DNA from: an uncultured Chloroflexia bacterium
Lineage (GTDB): Bacteria > Chloroflexota > Limnocylindria > Limnocylindrales > CSP1-4
DNA length: 64,000 nt
Reading direction: 5' to 3'
Assembly: GCA_963712745.1 (NCBI GenBank)
Contig: CAVQJC010000001.1
Location: forward strand, 128,001 to 192,000
The stretch's first letter is position 1. Every line of letters begins with the position of its first letter. The position numbers were made by a program, and so were the translations under genes. Shown here piece after piece: positions 20,823-29,089 of the stretch. Below the pieces are notes generated by a model that saw only the letters and a program-made list of their open reading frames with translations, was not told where the DNA came from and searched no databases.

Positions 20823-22765
20823 GGCGCTTGCCGGCCGGGGACTCGCGGTTGCCATACGCGCATCGTGCCACGCTGCCTGTTCGCCCACAGGAAGTAGGGC
20901 ACGGCCACGAGCTCGACCTCCCGCTCTGCCGGCGCTGTGCCGGTACCCGCGGGCTGGTACAGCCTTCCGCCTCGCGCTCGGCGCCGGACACGGCCGGACG
21001 CCCGAAGGGTATACGTGCCACCGAGCAGGCGTGGTCGCCATGCGGCCGTCACCGGAGCATCGACATCCACGGCTGCCGCAGCCAGATCGACACCGGGATC
21101 CTGGTCACAGGCCTCGAAGCAGTACACCAGTGGGCCGCGCTCCAGGGCGACCTGGCCACGGGTGGCGTCGACGTGCGGGTGCGCCTCCATGAACCGGGCC
21201 GCCATGGGCAGTGAGAGCGTGACGCAGTCTCCGGGCCCCCAGCGACGCCGCAGACGCACATAGCTGCCGGGCCGGACCGTTCGCGCCACATCGTCGCGGA
21301 AGGCCACGGTGGCGTCGCCAGCCCAGGCGGGGATGCGCAGGGACAGTGTCCAGACTTGCGGCGGAGTCTCGAGCAGCGTGAGCGTGACGCCGCCCTCCCA
21401 GGGCAGCCCGCTTCTCAACTCGAGCCGGACAAGGCCCCCGGGCAGGTTCGTTTCGAGCACGCTATCGAGGTACTGGTGGACCTGGATGCCGGCGTCATCG
21501 GCCGTCGCGGCGTAGTGGCCGACGCTGGCCACGAGGCGCATCAGGTTGGGAGGACAGCAGGCCACGTAGTACCACTCGGCGCGACGGTGCGAACCGTTGC
21601 TCAGCAGCGGATTGCCGTAGAAGAAGGTGCGCCCGTCGCTGGAGACCGCGGGGAGCACGCCGTTGTAGAGCGTGCGCTCCATGAGCTCCGCATAGCGAGC
21701 CTTGCCCGTCGCGAGCAGCAACCGCCAATTCCATTGGATGCTGGCCACCGCTGCGCACGTCTCGCAGTATCCGCTGCCTGGGGGCAGCTCGTAGGGATCG
21801 CCCAGACCCTCCGTCTCGGGGCGCTGGCCGATGCCGCCGGTGATGTACAACTTGCCCCCGACCAGGTCGCGCCACTGTCGCTCCGAGGCCGCGAGCAGCG
21901 CCTGGTCCCCTTCTTCGAGATAGTCGTCGACGGCGCCGATCGCCAGGTACAGGGCCCGTACGGCATGACCCTCCAGGAGCGACGCCTCACGCACGGGCAC
22001 GTGGTCCTGGAAGTAGGCCGGGCCTCCGGAATACCAGCGCCCGGCGTTGCCCCCGAGCCGGCCGTGACCACGCGCGTCAAGGAAGAAGCGAGCCAGTTCC
22101 ATGTAGCGTCGCTCGGCCGTCTCGCGGTAGAGCTCGATGAGGGCCGACTCGACGAGCGGATGCCCATCGGGTTCGGGTCGTCGCCCAGGTCCGAAGACGC
22201 TGTCGATATGGTCGGCGAAGCGGATGGCGACCTCGAGCAGCCGACGATCGCCGAGGGCTCGACTCCAGGCCACCGCAGCCTGGATGAGATGTCCGGCGGC
22301 ATAGATCTCGTGGCTGTAGGCCACGTCGGTCCAGCGCAGCTCCGGGAAGCCCACCTGGTAGAACGAGTTGAGATACCCGTCGGGTGACTGGGCACGCACG
22401 ACCAGGTCTATCGTCTGCTCGGCAGCGGCAGACACACGCAAGGGCAGTCCCTGGGGCGTCGCCCAGGCGACCGCTTCAAGCCACTTGTAGACGTCGGTGT
22501 CGAGGTACGGCGGGAAGCGCACCAGGTCCAGCTCGCGATGCTCGCGGGCGGCTGCAGCCTTCAGCATCGAGAGGTTCCCGGCCCGATCGAGCATGGCGTA
22601 GCCACGCGCCAGGCTGGCCTCGCGGTTGAGCCGCTGCTGGTGGGCCCAGAAGCCACCCGCAGCCGGGACCGCCGCGCGCCACAGCGGGCGGAGCCGTGCG
22701 AAGGGGCCGGGGTCGACCGCGACCGGGCCGCCCGCGTGCTCCTCGCGCTCGATGTGCGTAGGCAT
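20819..22765 (-). CDS. GH127 beta-L-arabinofuranosidase (HypBA1-like)
   Basis: DVYKWLEA, HEIY.AGHL, GHAVRALY, YITGG, E..G..YELP, YCETCAA and ACCPPN (Zn-binding Cys). Confidence 0.9.
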   Translation of the reverse strand: MPTHIEREEHAGGPVAVDPGPFARLRPLWRAAVPAAGGFWAHQQRLNREASLARGYAMLDRAGNLSMLKAAAAREHRELDLVRFPPYLDTDVYKWLEAVAWATPQGLPLRVSAAAEQTIDLVVRAQSPDGYLNSFYQVGFPELRWTDVAYSHEIYAAGHLIQAAVAWSRALGDRRLLEVAIRFADHIDSVFGPGRRPEPDGHPLVESALIELYRETAERRYMELARFFLDARGHGRLGGNAGRWYSGGPAYFQDHVPVREASLLEGHAVRALYLAIGAVDDYLEEGDQALLAASERQWRDLVGGKLYITGGIGQRPETEGLGDPYELPPGSGYCETCAAVASIQWNWRLLLATGKARYAELMERTLYNGVLPAVSSDGRTFFYGNPLLSNGSHRRAEWYYVACCPPNLMRLVASVGHYAATADDAGIQVHQYLDSVLETNLPGGLVRLELRSGLPWEGGVTLTLLETPPQVWTLSLRIPAWAGDATVAFRDDVARTVRPGSYVRLRRRWGPGDCVTLSLPMAARFMEAHPHVDATRGQVALERGPLVYCFEACDQDPGVDLAAAAVDVDAPVTAAWRPRLLGGTYTLRASGRVRRRARGGRLYQPAGTGTAPAEREVELVAVPYFLWANRQRGTMRVWQPRVPGRQAP

Positions 22766-22859
22766 GCATCACCTCACGGCGCGTCTCGCCAGGTGAAGAC
22801 CGGGGTAGACGAAAGGGCGCAGGCCTCGGCGGCCCACGCCCTTGCTCTTCAGTGCCGGT

Positions 22860-24117
22860 CTAGGACTCGGGACTGAACGAGATCGTCTCCTCGATCACGT
22901 TGGTACCGTCGGCCTGGGTGACCCAGATGTCGTACATGTTGGCGGTGATATCGCCATTCTCGTCGAAGTCGATGGGGCTGCTGGCACCCTCGAAATCGAT
23001 GTCCTCGCCCGCGAGGACGGCGTTGATGGCGTCGGGCAGCTGCTCGAAGGTGTACTTCTCGCCCGGCGCCGCAGAGATCGACCTGGATCTCCGGGCCGAA
23101 GACCGTGGGGTCGTCCGAACCGGCCTTGAGAGCCGCCAGGAAGGCCAGGAAGACGCTGTCGAAGGCCTGGCCTGTGAAGCCGTAGAAGGGCACGCCCTCA
23201 GGTGCAGTCGACTCGAAGAGTTCCTGGTACCCGGCGAACGACGAGCCGGCACTGCTGTTGCCGATCGTCCCGCGCATGCCCTCGACCGTGGACTCTACCT
23301 CCGTGCAGGCCTGGAGCGTGTCAGAGCCCAGGGTCCTGGTGGGATCCCAGGCACCTGTGCGCGTCAACGGACCCTTGAGCTTGGCCCAGTCACCACAGAA
23401 GGTAATGAACAGCCACGCGTCCGGGTCGCCCTGGACGGCCTGCTGCGCTTCGGTATCGAGCGTGGCGCCTTCGGGATTGAAGATGACTTCCTCACCGATG
23501 GTTCCTCCGGCACCCGTCCAGGCCTCCTTGAAGACGTCGTTGAGGCCTACGCCATAGGCGTCGTTACGGGTGAGGAGGTTGACAGTAGCGTCCTGGCCGA
23601 ACTGGTCGGCCATGACCGACGCCAGCACCCTGCCCTGGAGAGCATCCGAGGAGACCGGGCGCCAGAGCAGGCCGTTCTTCTCCATCTCGGTGATGGCGGG
23701 ACTCGTGCCACCGGTGAACTGCGCGATGCCACCGGGGCCGAAGACGGATTCGAAGATGGCGATCGAGACACTGCTGTAGAAGTCGCCGACGACGACGTCC
23801 ACGTCATCGACCTCGGCCAGCTTCTTGGCCGCCTCGGTGCCGGCGGTCTGGTTGCCCTGGCTGTCCTCGGAAGCCACGAGCGAGACGTTGATGGAGTCCA
23901 GACCCATGTCCTCGACGGTCGCCGCGACATAATCGACCGCGCTGGAAGTCGCGTGGTCCCAGGCCTGGCCGGCGGGACCGGCATCGCCGGTCAGGGCCAC
24001 GAGAACCCCATACCGAAGGTCCAGCTCCGGCGCCTCCTGGGCCGCGACTGGCGCCGCCGTGGCCGCGAGCAGCAGAGCGGTGATACCTGCCGCTGACAGT
24101 CTCATTCGTTCCGACAT
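22860..24117 (-). CDS. Branched-chain amino acid-type (Liv/PBP1) ABC substrate-binding protein, apparent frameshift near 23085
   Basis: Signal peptide, LTGD, RPVSSD..QG and NDAYG; C-terminus (FEGASSPIDFDENGD) lies in ORF 22860-23252. Confidence 0.82.
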
Positions 24118-24217
24118 ATGCGGTCCTCCCTATCTCCGTATCCCAAGCCCTCAGGGGTGCCTGAGCACAAGCTGGCAGCCAGACTGTGGTACTGCTCGCG
24201 GCCGAGGATAGCACCCC

Positions 24218-24245
24218 GGCACTCGATTGCTAACACTCGTGTGCC
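24218..24245. promoter_or_regulatory. Tandem LacI-type operators upstream of the SBP-GH127-hypD operon
   Basis: GGCACTCGATTGCT and AACACTCGTGTGCC; the same motif occurs at 25453-25480. Confidence 0.6.
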
Positions 24246-24289
24246 GTCCGTTGCAGGCGCAGATTCCGAGGTGGACGCCTGGCGGCCGG

Positions 24290-25393
24290 TCAGGACCTGG
24301 TGCGCGAGCCTGGCGCCGGACCAGTCGAGCCACGGACGACCAGGGAAGGTTCGATTACCGGGTGCTGCTGATCAGCGGGAACCTCTGCCCCCTGCAGCTT
24401 CTGGAACAGGATGCCCACCGCAGTCCTGATCATCTCGTCGACCGGCTGCTTCACCGTGGTCAAGGCCGGCACGCTGATCGTCGCCAGCAAGGTGTCATCG
24501 AAGCCGACGACCGAGATGTCCTCCGGGACGCGCAGACCCCGCCGTTGGGCAGCCTGCAACACGCTGATGGCGACGGCATCGGTCGAACACACGATCGCTG
24601 TCGGCGGGTCGTCCAAGCCCAACAGCCGACCGAGCGCATCACCGGCACCGGTGGCGTCTTGCGACGTGTCCTGGATGTAATCGGGGCGCAGGCCAGTCCC
24701 GGGTCCAGCGACATAGGCTCGGTAGGCATCCTCGCGCTGTCCGGCCTCGCCGATGCGACCATCGACCACGAGCGCGATGCGTTGGTGCCGAAGCGCCGTC
24801 AGGTGATCGAGGGCCGCTGTGATACCTACGCGGTTATCGACGTTGACGGTCGGAATCGTCTCGGACCGAGTCCAATGCCAGACGGCGACGACCGGGACGT
24901 TCGTGTCCCTCAGCTCAGCAGCGAAGTCGGGCCGCTCCAGCAGGTCCCCCAGGAAGATGATGGCGTCGCAGTGGCGTGACTCGAGGATGCGCCACAGCTC
25001 GACACCCTCGTCAGCTCGCCCGTGGACGTGACCCAGCACCACGTTGTAGTCATGGTTGCCGGCCTCGACCGACGCCGCCTGGATGGCGGCCGCGTCCAGT
25101 GGGTCGATGATCTCGCGCACGATGAGGCCCAGCAACATGGTCGGCGCGCCGCGAAGTCCGCGCGCCAGCGGATTGGGTCGATAGCCCATCTGGCGCGCAG
25201 CCTTGAAGATGCGCTCGCGTGTCCGCTCGGCGACCGGAAACCCGGTAGGTACGCCCGAGAGCACGCGGGACACCGTCGACCGCGAGACGTCCGCCTCACG
25301 GGCGATGTCCCGCATCGTAGGAGCTGTTCGGCGAGGACGCTCATACGAACGCTGTGCGGGTGTGAGCGACCGTCCATCGCTAGGGTCTGACAT
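24290..25393 (-). CDS. LacI family regulator
   Basis: TMRDIAREADVSRSTVSRVL, YRPNPLARGL, VPEDISVVGFDD and LTTV.Q. Confidence 0.95.
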   Translation of the reverse strand: MSDPSDGRSLTPAQRSYERPRRTAPTMRDIAREADVSRSTVSRVLSGVPTGFPVAERTRERIFKAARQMGYRPNPLARGLRGAPTMLLGLIVREIIDPLDAAAIQAASVEAGNHDYNVVLGHVHGRADEGVELWRILESRHCDAIIFLGDLLERPDFAAELRDTNVPVVAVWHWTRSETIPTVNVDNRVGITAALDHLTALRHQRIALVVDGRIGEAGQREDAYRAYVAGPGTGLRPDYIQDTSQDATGAGDALGRLLGLDDPPTAIVCSTDAVAISVLQAAQRRGLRVPEDISVVGFDDTLLATISVPALTTVKQPVDEMIRTAVGILFQKLQGAEVPADQQHPVIEPSLVVRGSTGPAPGSRTRS

Positions 25394-25452
25394 CAGTCAC
25401 TGCGCACAATAGTAAGGCGTCGATCGCCTGTGTGGCACCCACCTTGACCGAC

Positions 25453-25480
25453 GGCAATCGCGTGCCTACACTCGATTGCC
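25453..25480. promoter_or_regulatory. Tandem LacI-type operators between lacI and livH
   Basis: GGCAATCGCGTGCC and TACACTCGATTGCC (central CG palindromes) just after TTGACC. Confidence 0.62.
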
Positions 25481-25568
25481 GTTGAGACCCGTGCGGTAGG
25501 GAGCTGGGACATGGGCGAAGTGAGGGCGCGGCGCTGCGTTCACCGTCGCCCCGTGCGCTAACCGCGCC

Positions 25569-26453
25569 ATGGATAATCTCGCCCAGCTCATCGTCAACGG
25601 CCTGGTGACCGGCGGGATCATCGCCATGGGCGCGGTCGGCGCATCACTCATCTTTGGTGTCCTGCGGGTCGGCAACTTCGCTCACGGTGACTACCTGACG
25701 CTGGGCGCCTACGCCGCGCTGTTCGCGAACGTGGCCATGGCCCAGAACCTCCTGGTCGCCGCGGTGGTGGCCGTCGTGGGCACAGCTCTCTTCGCGATCG
25801 CGATGGAGTTCATCCTCTTCCGACCGATGCGCGGGAAAGGGTCCGCAAGCCTGTTCATCATCACCATCGGGCTGGCCATGGCCATGCGCCACGTGATCTA
25901 CCTGCAATACGGCGCCGCGACCCAGCAGTACGACATCGATCAGTTCGCAGTCGTCGTGGTCGGATCGGTGCGTTTCTCGCCGGGTGCGATGGTCGCCACG
26001 GTGGCAGCCCTCATCGCCATCCCGGCCGTGGGGCTGTTCCTCTCGCGATCGCGCATCGGCAAGTCGATGCGGGCCCTCGCCAATGAGCCCGAGCTGGCCG
26101 CCGTCTCAGGCATCGACACTGATCGCATCGCCGTCTACACGTGGGCGCTGGCGGGCGGGTTGGCCGGACTCGCGGGCATCCTGCTGGGACTCCTGCAGGG
26201 CACCTTCAACCCCGAGCTGGGCTGGGCCTTCCTGTTCCTCATCTTCACGGCCGTCATCCTCGGCGGCATCGGCAGCGCCTACGGTGCCCTGATCGGCGGA
26301 CTGGCCCTGGGCCTGCTCATGGAGGTTTCGACCTGGTCCGGCCTGATGGGCGGGCTTGACCCACGCTTCAAGCCGGTCGTCGCGTTCGCGGCGCTCATCC
26401 TCCTGCTGCTGTACCGGCCGCAGGGCCTCTTCGGCAAGGCGCGACTGCTGTGA
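25569..26453 (+). CDS. livH: Branched-chain amino acid ABC permease
   Basis: QLIVNGL..NFAHGD, GKSMRA and ILGGIGS..GA. Confidence 0.9.
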   Translation: MDNLAQLIVNGLVTGGIIAMGAVGASLIFGVLRVGNFAHGDYLTLGAYAALFANVAMAQNLLVAAVVAVVGTALFAIAMEFILFRPMRGKGSASLFIITIGLAMAMRHVIYLQYGAATQQYDIDQFAVVVVGSVRFSPGAMVATVAALIAIPAVGLFLSRSRIGKSMRALANEPELAAVSGIDTDRIAVYTWALAGGLAGLAGILLGLLQGTFNPELGWAFLFLIFTAVILGGIGSAYGALIGGLALGLLMEVSTWSGLMGGLDPRFKPVVAFAALILLLLYRPQGLFGKARLL

Positions 26454-27433
26454 GCGGCATCCTCGCTCCGGACTTCTGGATCTACGTCGGCGTCATCGCC
26501 GGCATCTACACCATCTTCGCGCTGGGCCTCCAGGTGCAGTACGGCGTGGCCGGCCTGGTCAACCTGGGCCAGGTGGCGTTCATGGCCATCGGCGCCTACA
26601 CCATGGCCATCCTCGTGGCCCGCTACGAGTGGTCGATGATCCCGGCGTCCATCGCCGCCATCGGCGCGGCCATGGCCTTCGCGGTCGTGCTGGGCGTGCC
26701 CACGCTGCGCCTGCGCGCGGACTACTTGGCCATGGTCACCATCGCGGCGAGCGAGATCGTGCGCTACATGGCCTTGAACCTCAATGACATCACCGGGGGT
26801 CCGGCCGGCACGATCGCCCTCCTCGGCCCGGCCAAGCTGGCCAGCTACAACGGCGAGTGGCAAGAGTTCCAGGGCTGGGTGCAGTCGACGCTGAGCAGCA
26901 TCACCGGGGGTGGGGTAAGCCCCGACTCGGCCATGCTCATCATCGTTTGGATCGTCGCCCTGATCCTCCTGACCGCCACCTGGCTCATGGTCCGCTCTCC
27001 CTGGGGCCGCATCCTGCGTGCCATCCGCGAGGACGAGGATGCTGCCCAGGCCATGGGCAAGGACACCTTCAGCCGCAAGCTCCAGGCGCTCGTGCTGGGC
27101 GCTGCCTTCGGCGGGCTCGCGGGCCTCTTCATCGCCTGGCAGGTCTCGGTCTTCACGCCCAACGACTTCAGGCCCATCTTCACCTTCTACGCCTACATCA
27201 TCATCATCCTCGGCGGGCCCACTCGCGTCTGGGCGGTCCCGGTCGGCGCCATCCTCTTCGGCATCCTCTTCGCAGGCACGCGTTTCCTCGACTTCTACCC
27301 ACTGAACGAGCTGGCTTCTGGCGACCGCGCCTACTTGCGCCTGCTCCTCGTCGGCCTGCTGCTCGTGGTGCTGATGGCGCTCCGTCCTCAGGGCCTCTTC
27401 GGCAAGAAGGAGGAGCTGATCCTTGAGAAGTGA
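26450..27433 (+). CDS. livM: Branched-chain amino acid ABC permease
   Basis: G..NLGQVAF, LRLRADYLAMVT, SPWGR.LRAIREDE and RPQGLFG. Confidence 0.9.
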   Translation: MSGILAPDFWIYVGVIAGIYTIFALGLQVQYGVAGLVNLGQVAFMAIGAYTMAILVARYEWSMIPASIAAIGAAMAFAVVLGVPTLRLRADYLAMVTIAASEIVRYMALNLNDITGGPAGTIALLGPAKLASYNGEWQEFQGWVQSTLSSITGGGVSPDSAMLIIVWIVALILLTATWLMVRSPWGRILRAIREDEDAAQAMGKDTFSRKLQALVLGAAFGGLAGLFIAWQVSVFTPNDFRPIFTFYAYIIIILGGPTRVWAVPVGAILFGILFAGTRFLDFYPLNELASGDRAYLRLLLVGLLLVVLMALRPQGLFGKKEELILEK

Positions 27434-28220
27434 GCAGCCGCTCCTCGTCGTCGATGGGGTGAGCAAGCGTTTCGGAGGATTGCAGGCCGTGGACGCTGCG
27501 TCGTTCAGCGTGGGACCCGCGAGCATCACGGCGCTGATCGGCCCCAACGGTGCCGGCAAGACGACGGTCTTCAACCTGCTGAGCGGCTACCTCCCCTCCG
27601 ATAGTGGCACGGTCCGGTTCGATGGCGGGTCGGTCAGCGGCCTGAAGGCGCATGCCATCGCTCGGCGCGGCCTGGTGCGCACCTTCCAGATCCCGCGTGT
27701 GCTGACGCGCATGAGCGTTCTGGAGAACGTCATGCTTGCCGCCCAGCACCAGCCGGGCGAGCGGATGGGCGCGGCGCTGGTGATCCCCCGTCGCATCAGG
27801 CGTCGAGAGGACGAGGTGCGCCAGCAGGCCGACGAGATCCTGCGCCTGGTGAATCTCGAGCGGCTGGCAGGGGACTACGCAGGGACGCTGTCAGGCGGCC
27901 AGCGCAAACTCCTCGAGTTCGGGCGAGTGCTCATGACCGACCCCAAGCTGATCCTGCTCGACGAGCCCATGGCCGGCGTGAACCCGACGCTCGGCGAACA
28001 GCTCCTGGAGCACGTCGTGGAACTGCGCGCCTCGCGCGGCATCGGCTTCGTGTTCATCGAGCACGACATGGACGTGGTCATGTCGTACGCCGAGCGCGTC
28101 GTGGTCATGGACGAGGGCCGCGTCGTGGCCGATGCCTCGCCCGACGAGGTACGCGCCGACCCGCGCGTGATCGAGGCGTACCTGGGACGCCACGCCGCCG
28201 ATATCGAGGACGAAGCATGA
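27423..28220 (+). CDS. livG: Branched-chain amino acid ABC ATPase
   Basis: GPNGAGKTT, RTFQ, LLDEPMAG, IEHDM and DPRVIEAYLG. Confidence 0.92.
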   Translation: MRSEQPLLVVDGVSKRFGGLQAVDAASFSVGPASITALIGPNGAGKTTVFNLLSGYLPSDSGTVRFDGGSVSGLKAHAIARRGLVRTFQIPRVLTRMSVLENVMLAAQHQPGERMGAALVIPRRIRRREDEVRQQADEILRLVNLERLAGDYAGTLSGGQRKLLEFGRVLMTDPKLILLDEPMAGVNPTLGEQLLEHVVELRASRGIGFVFIEHDMDVVMSYAERVVVMDEGRVVADASPDEVRADPRVIEAYLGRHAADIEDEA

Positions 28221-29089
28221 GCATCGCCCCCCGGTCCGTCGAGACGCTGCCCGAGGATGCGTCCGCGAGCAAGGAGCATGCGCTCACGGTGACCGACGTC
28301 GTCAGCGGCTATGTCGACGAGCCGGTCCTTCGGGGCGTCTCCATCGACGTGCCGCGACAGACGGTCGTCACCGTCATCGGGCCCAACGGCTCGGGCAAGT
28401 CGACGCTGCTCAAGACCATCGTCGGACTGCTGCGTGGCCGTGAGGGCTCGGTCCTGATGCTCGATCGCGACGGTGCCCGACAGGAGCTCATCGGCAAGCG
28501 ACCGCACCAAGTCGTGGAGCTGGGTCTAGCCTTCGTGCCCCAGCTCTCGAACGTCTTCACCGACCTGTCCATCCGGGAGAACCTCGAGATCGGCGGCTTC
28601 CCGATCCGTGGCAATGAAGGCGAGCGCATGGACCGTGTGCTGGAGCACTTCCCGATCCTGCGAGAGCGGCTGAGCCAGCGCGCCGGAACCCTGTCCGGTG
28701 GCCAGCGGCAGATGCTCGCGCTGGGACGCGCCCTGATGAGCGATCCCCACCTGCTGGTGCTCGACGAACCCTCGGCCGGCCTGGCTCCGACCGTCGTCGA
28801 CGAGGTCTTCGAGCGCATCCAGTCCATCAACGCCAGTGGCATCACCGTGCTCATCGTCGAGCAGAAGGCGCGCCAGTGCCTGGCCATCTCGGACTACGGC
28901 TACGTCCTGGACATGGGCAAGAATCGCTACGAGGGGCCGGGCAAGCAGCTGCTGCACGACCCCGAGGTGGTGGACCTGTACCTGGGCTCACGCGGTCGGT
29001 TGGGCCGGTCTCGGCAAGCCGCGGCCAGGGCCGCGAAGTCCGTGGCAAACGAAGCCCGTGATGCCCAGCCAGGTACATCGGACGCATGA
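28217..29089 (+). CDS. livF: Branched-chain amino acid ABC ATPase
   Basis: GPNGSGKST, LSGGQRQMLA, LDEPSAGLAP and VEQ. Confidence 0.92.
   Translation: MSIAPRSVETLPEDASASKEHALTVTDVVSGYVDEPVLRGVSIDVPRQTVVTVIGPNGSGKSTLLKTIVGLLRGREGSVLMLDRDGARQELIGKRPHQVVELGLAFVPQLSNVFTDLSIRENLEIGGFPIRGNEGERMDRVLEHFPILRERLSQRAGTLSGGQRQMLALGRALMSDPHLLVLDEPSAGLAPTVVDEVFERIQSINASGITVLIVEQKARQCLAISDYGYVLDMGKNRYEGPGKQLLHDPEVVDLYLGSRGRLGRSRQAAARAAKSVANEARDAQPGTSDA

Noticed and set aside
22813-22843. Hairpin between the SBP and GH127 genes as a terminator
   Set aside because: Imperfect stem with only a short U-tract; could be an mRNA-stabilising loop and cannot be called confidently.
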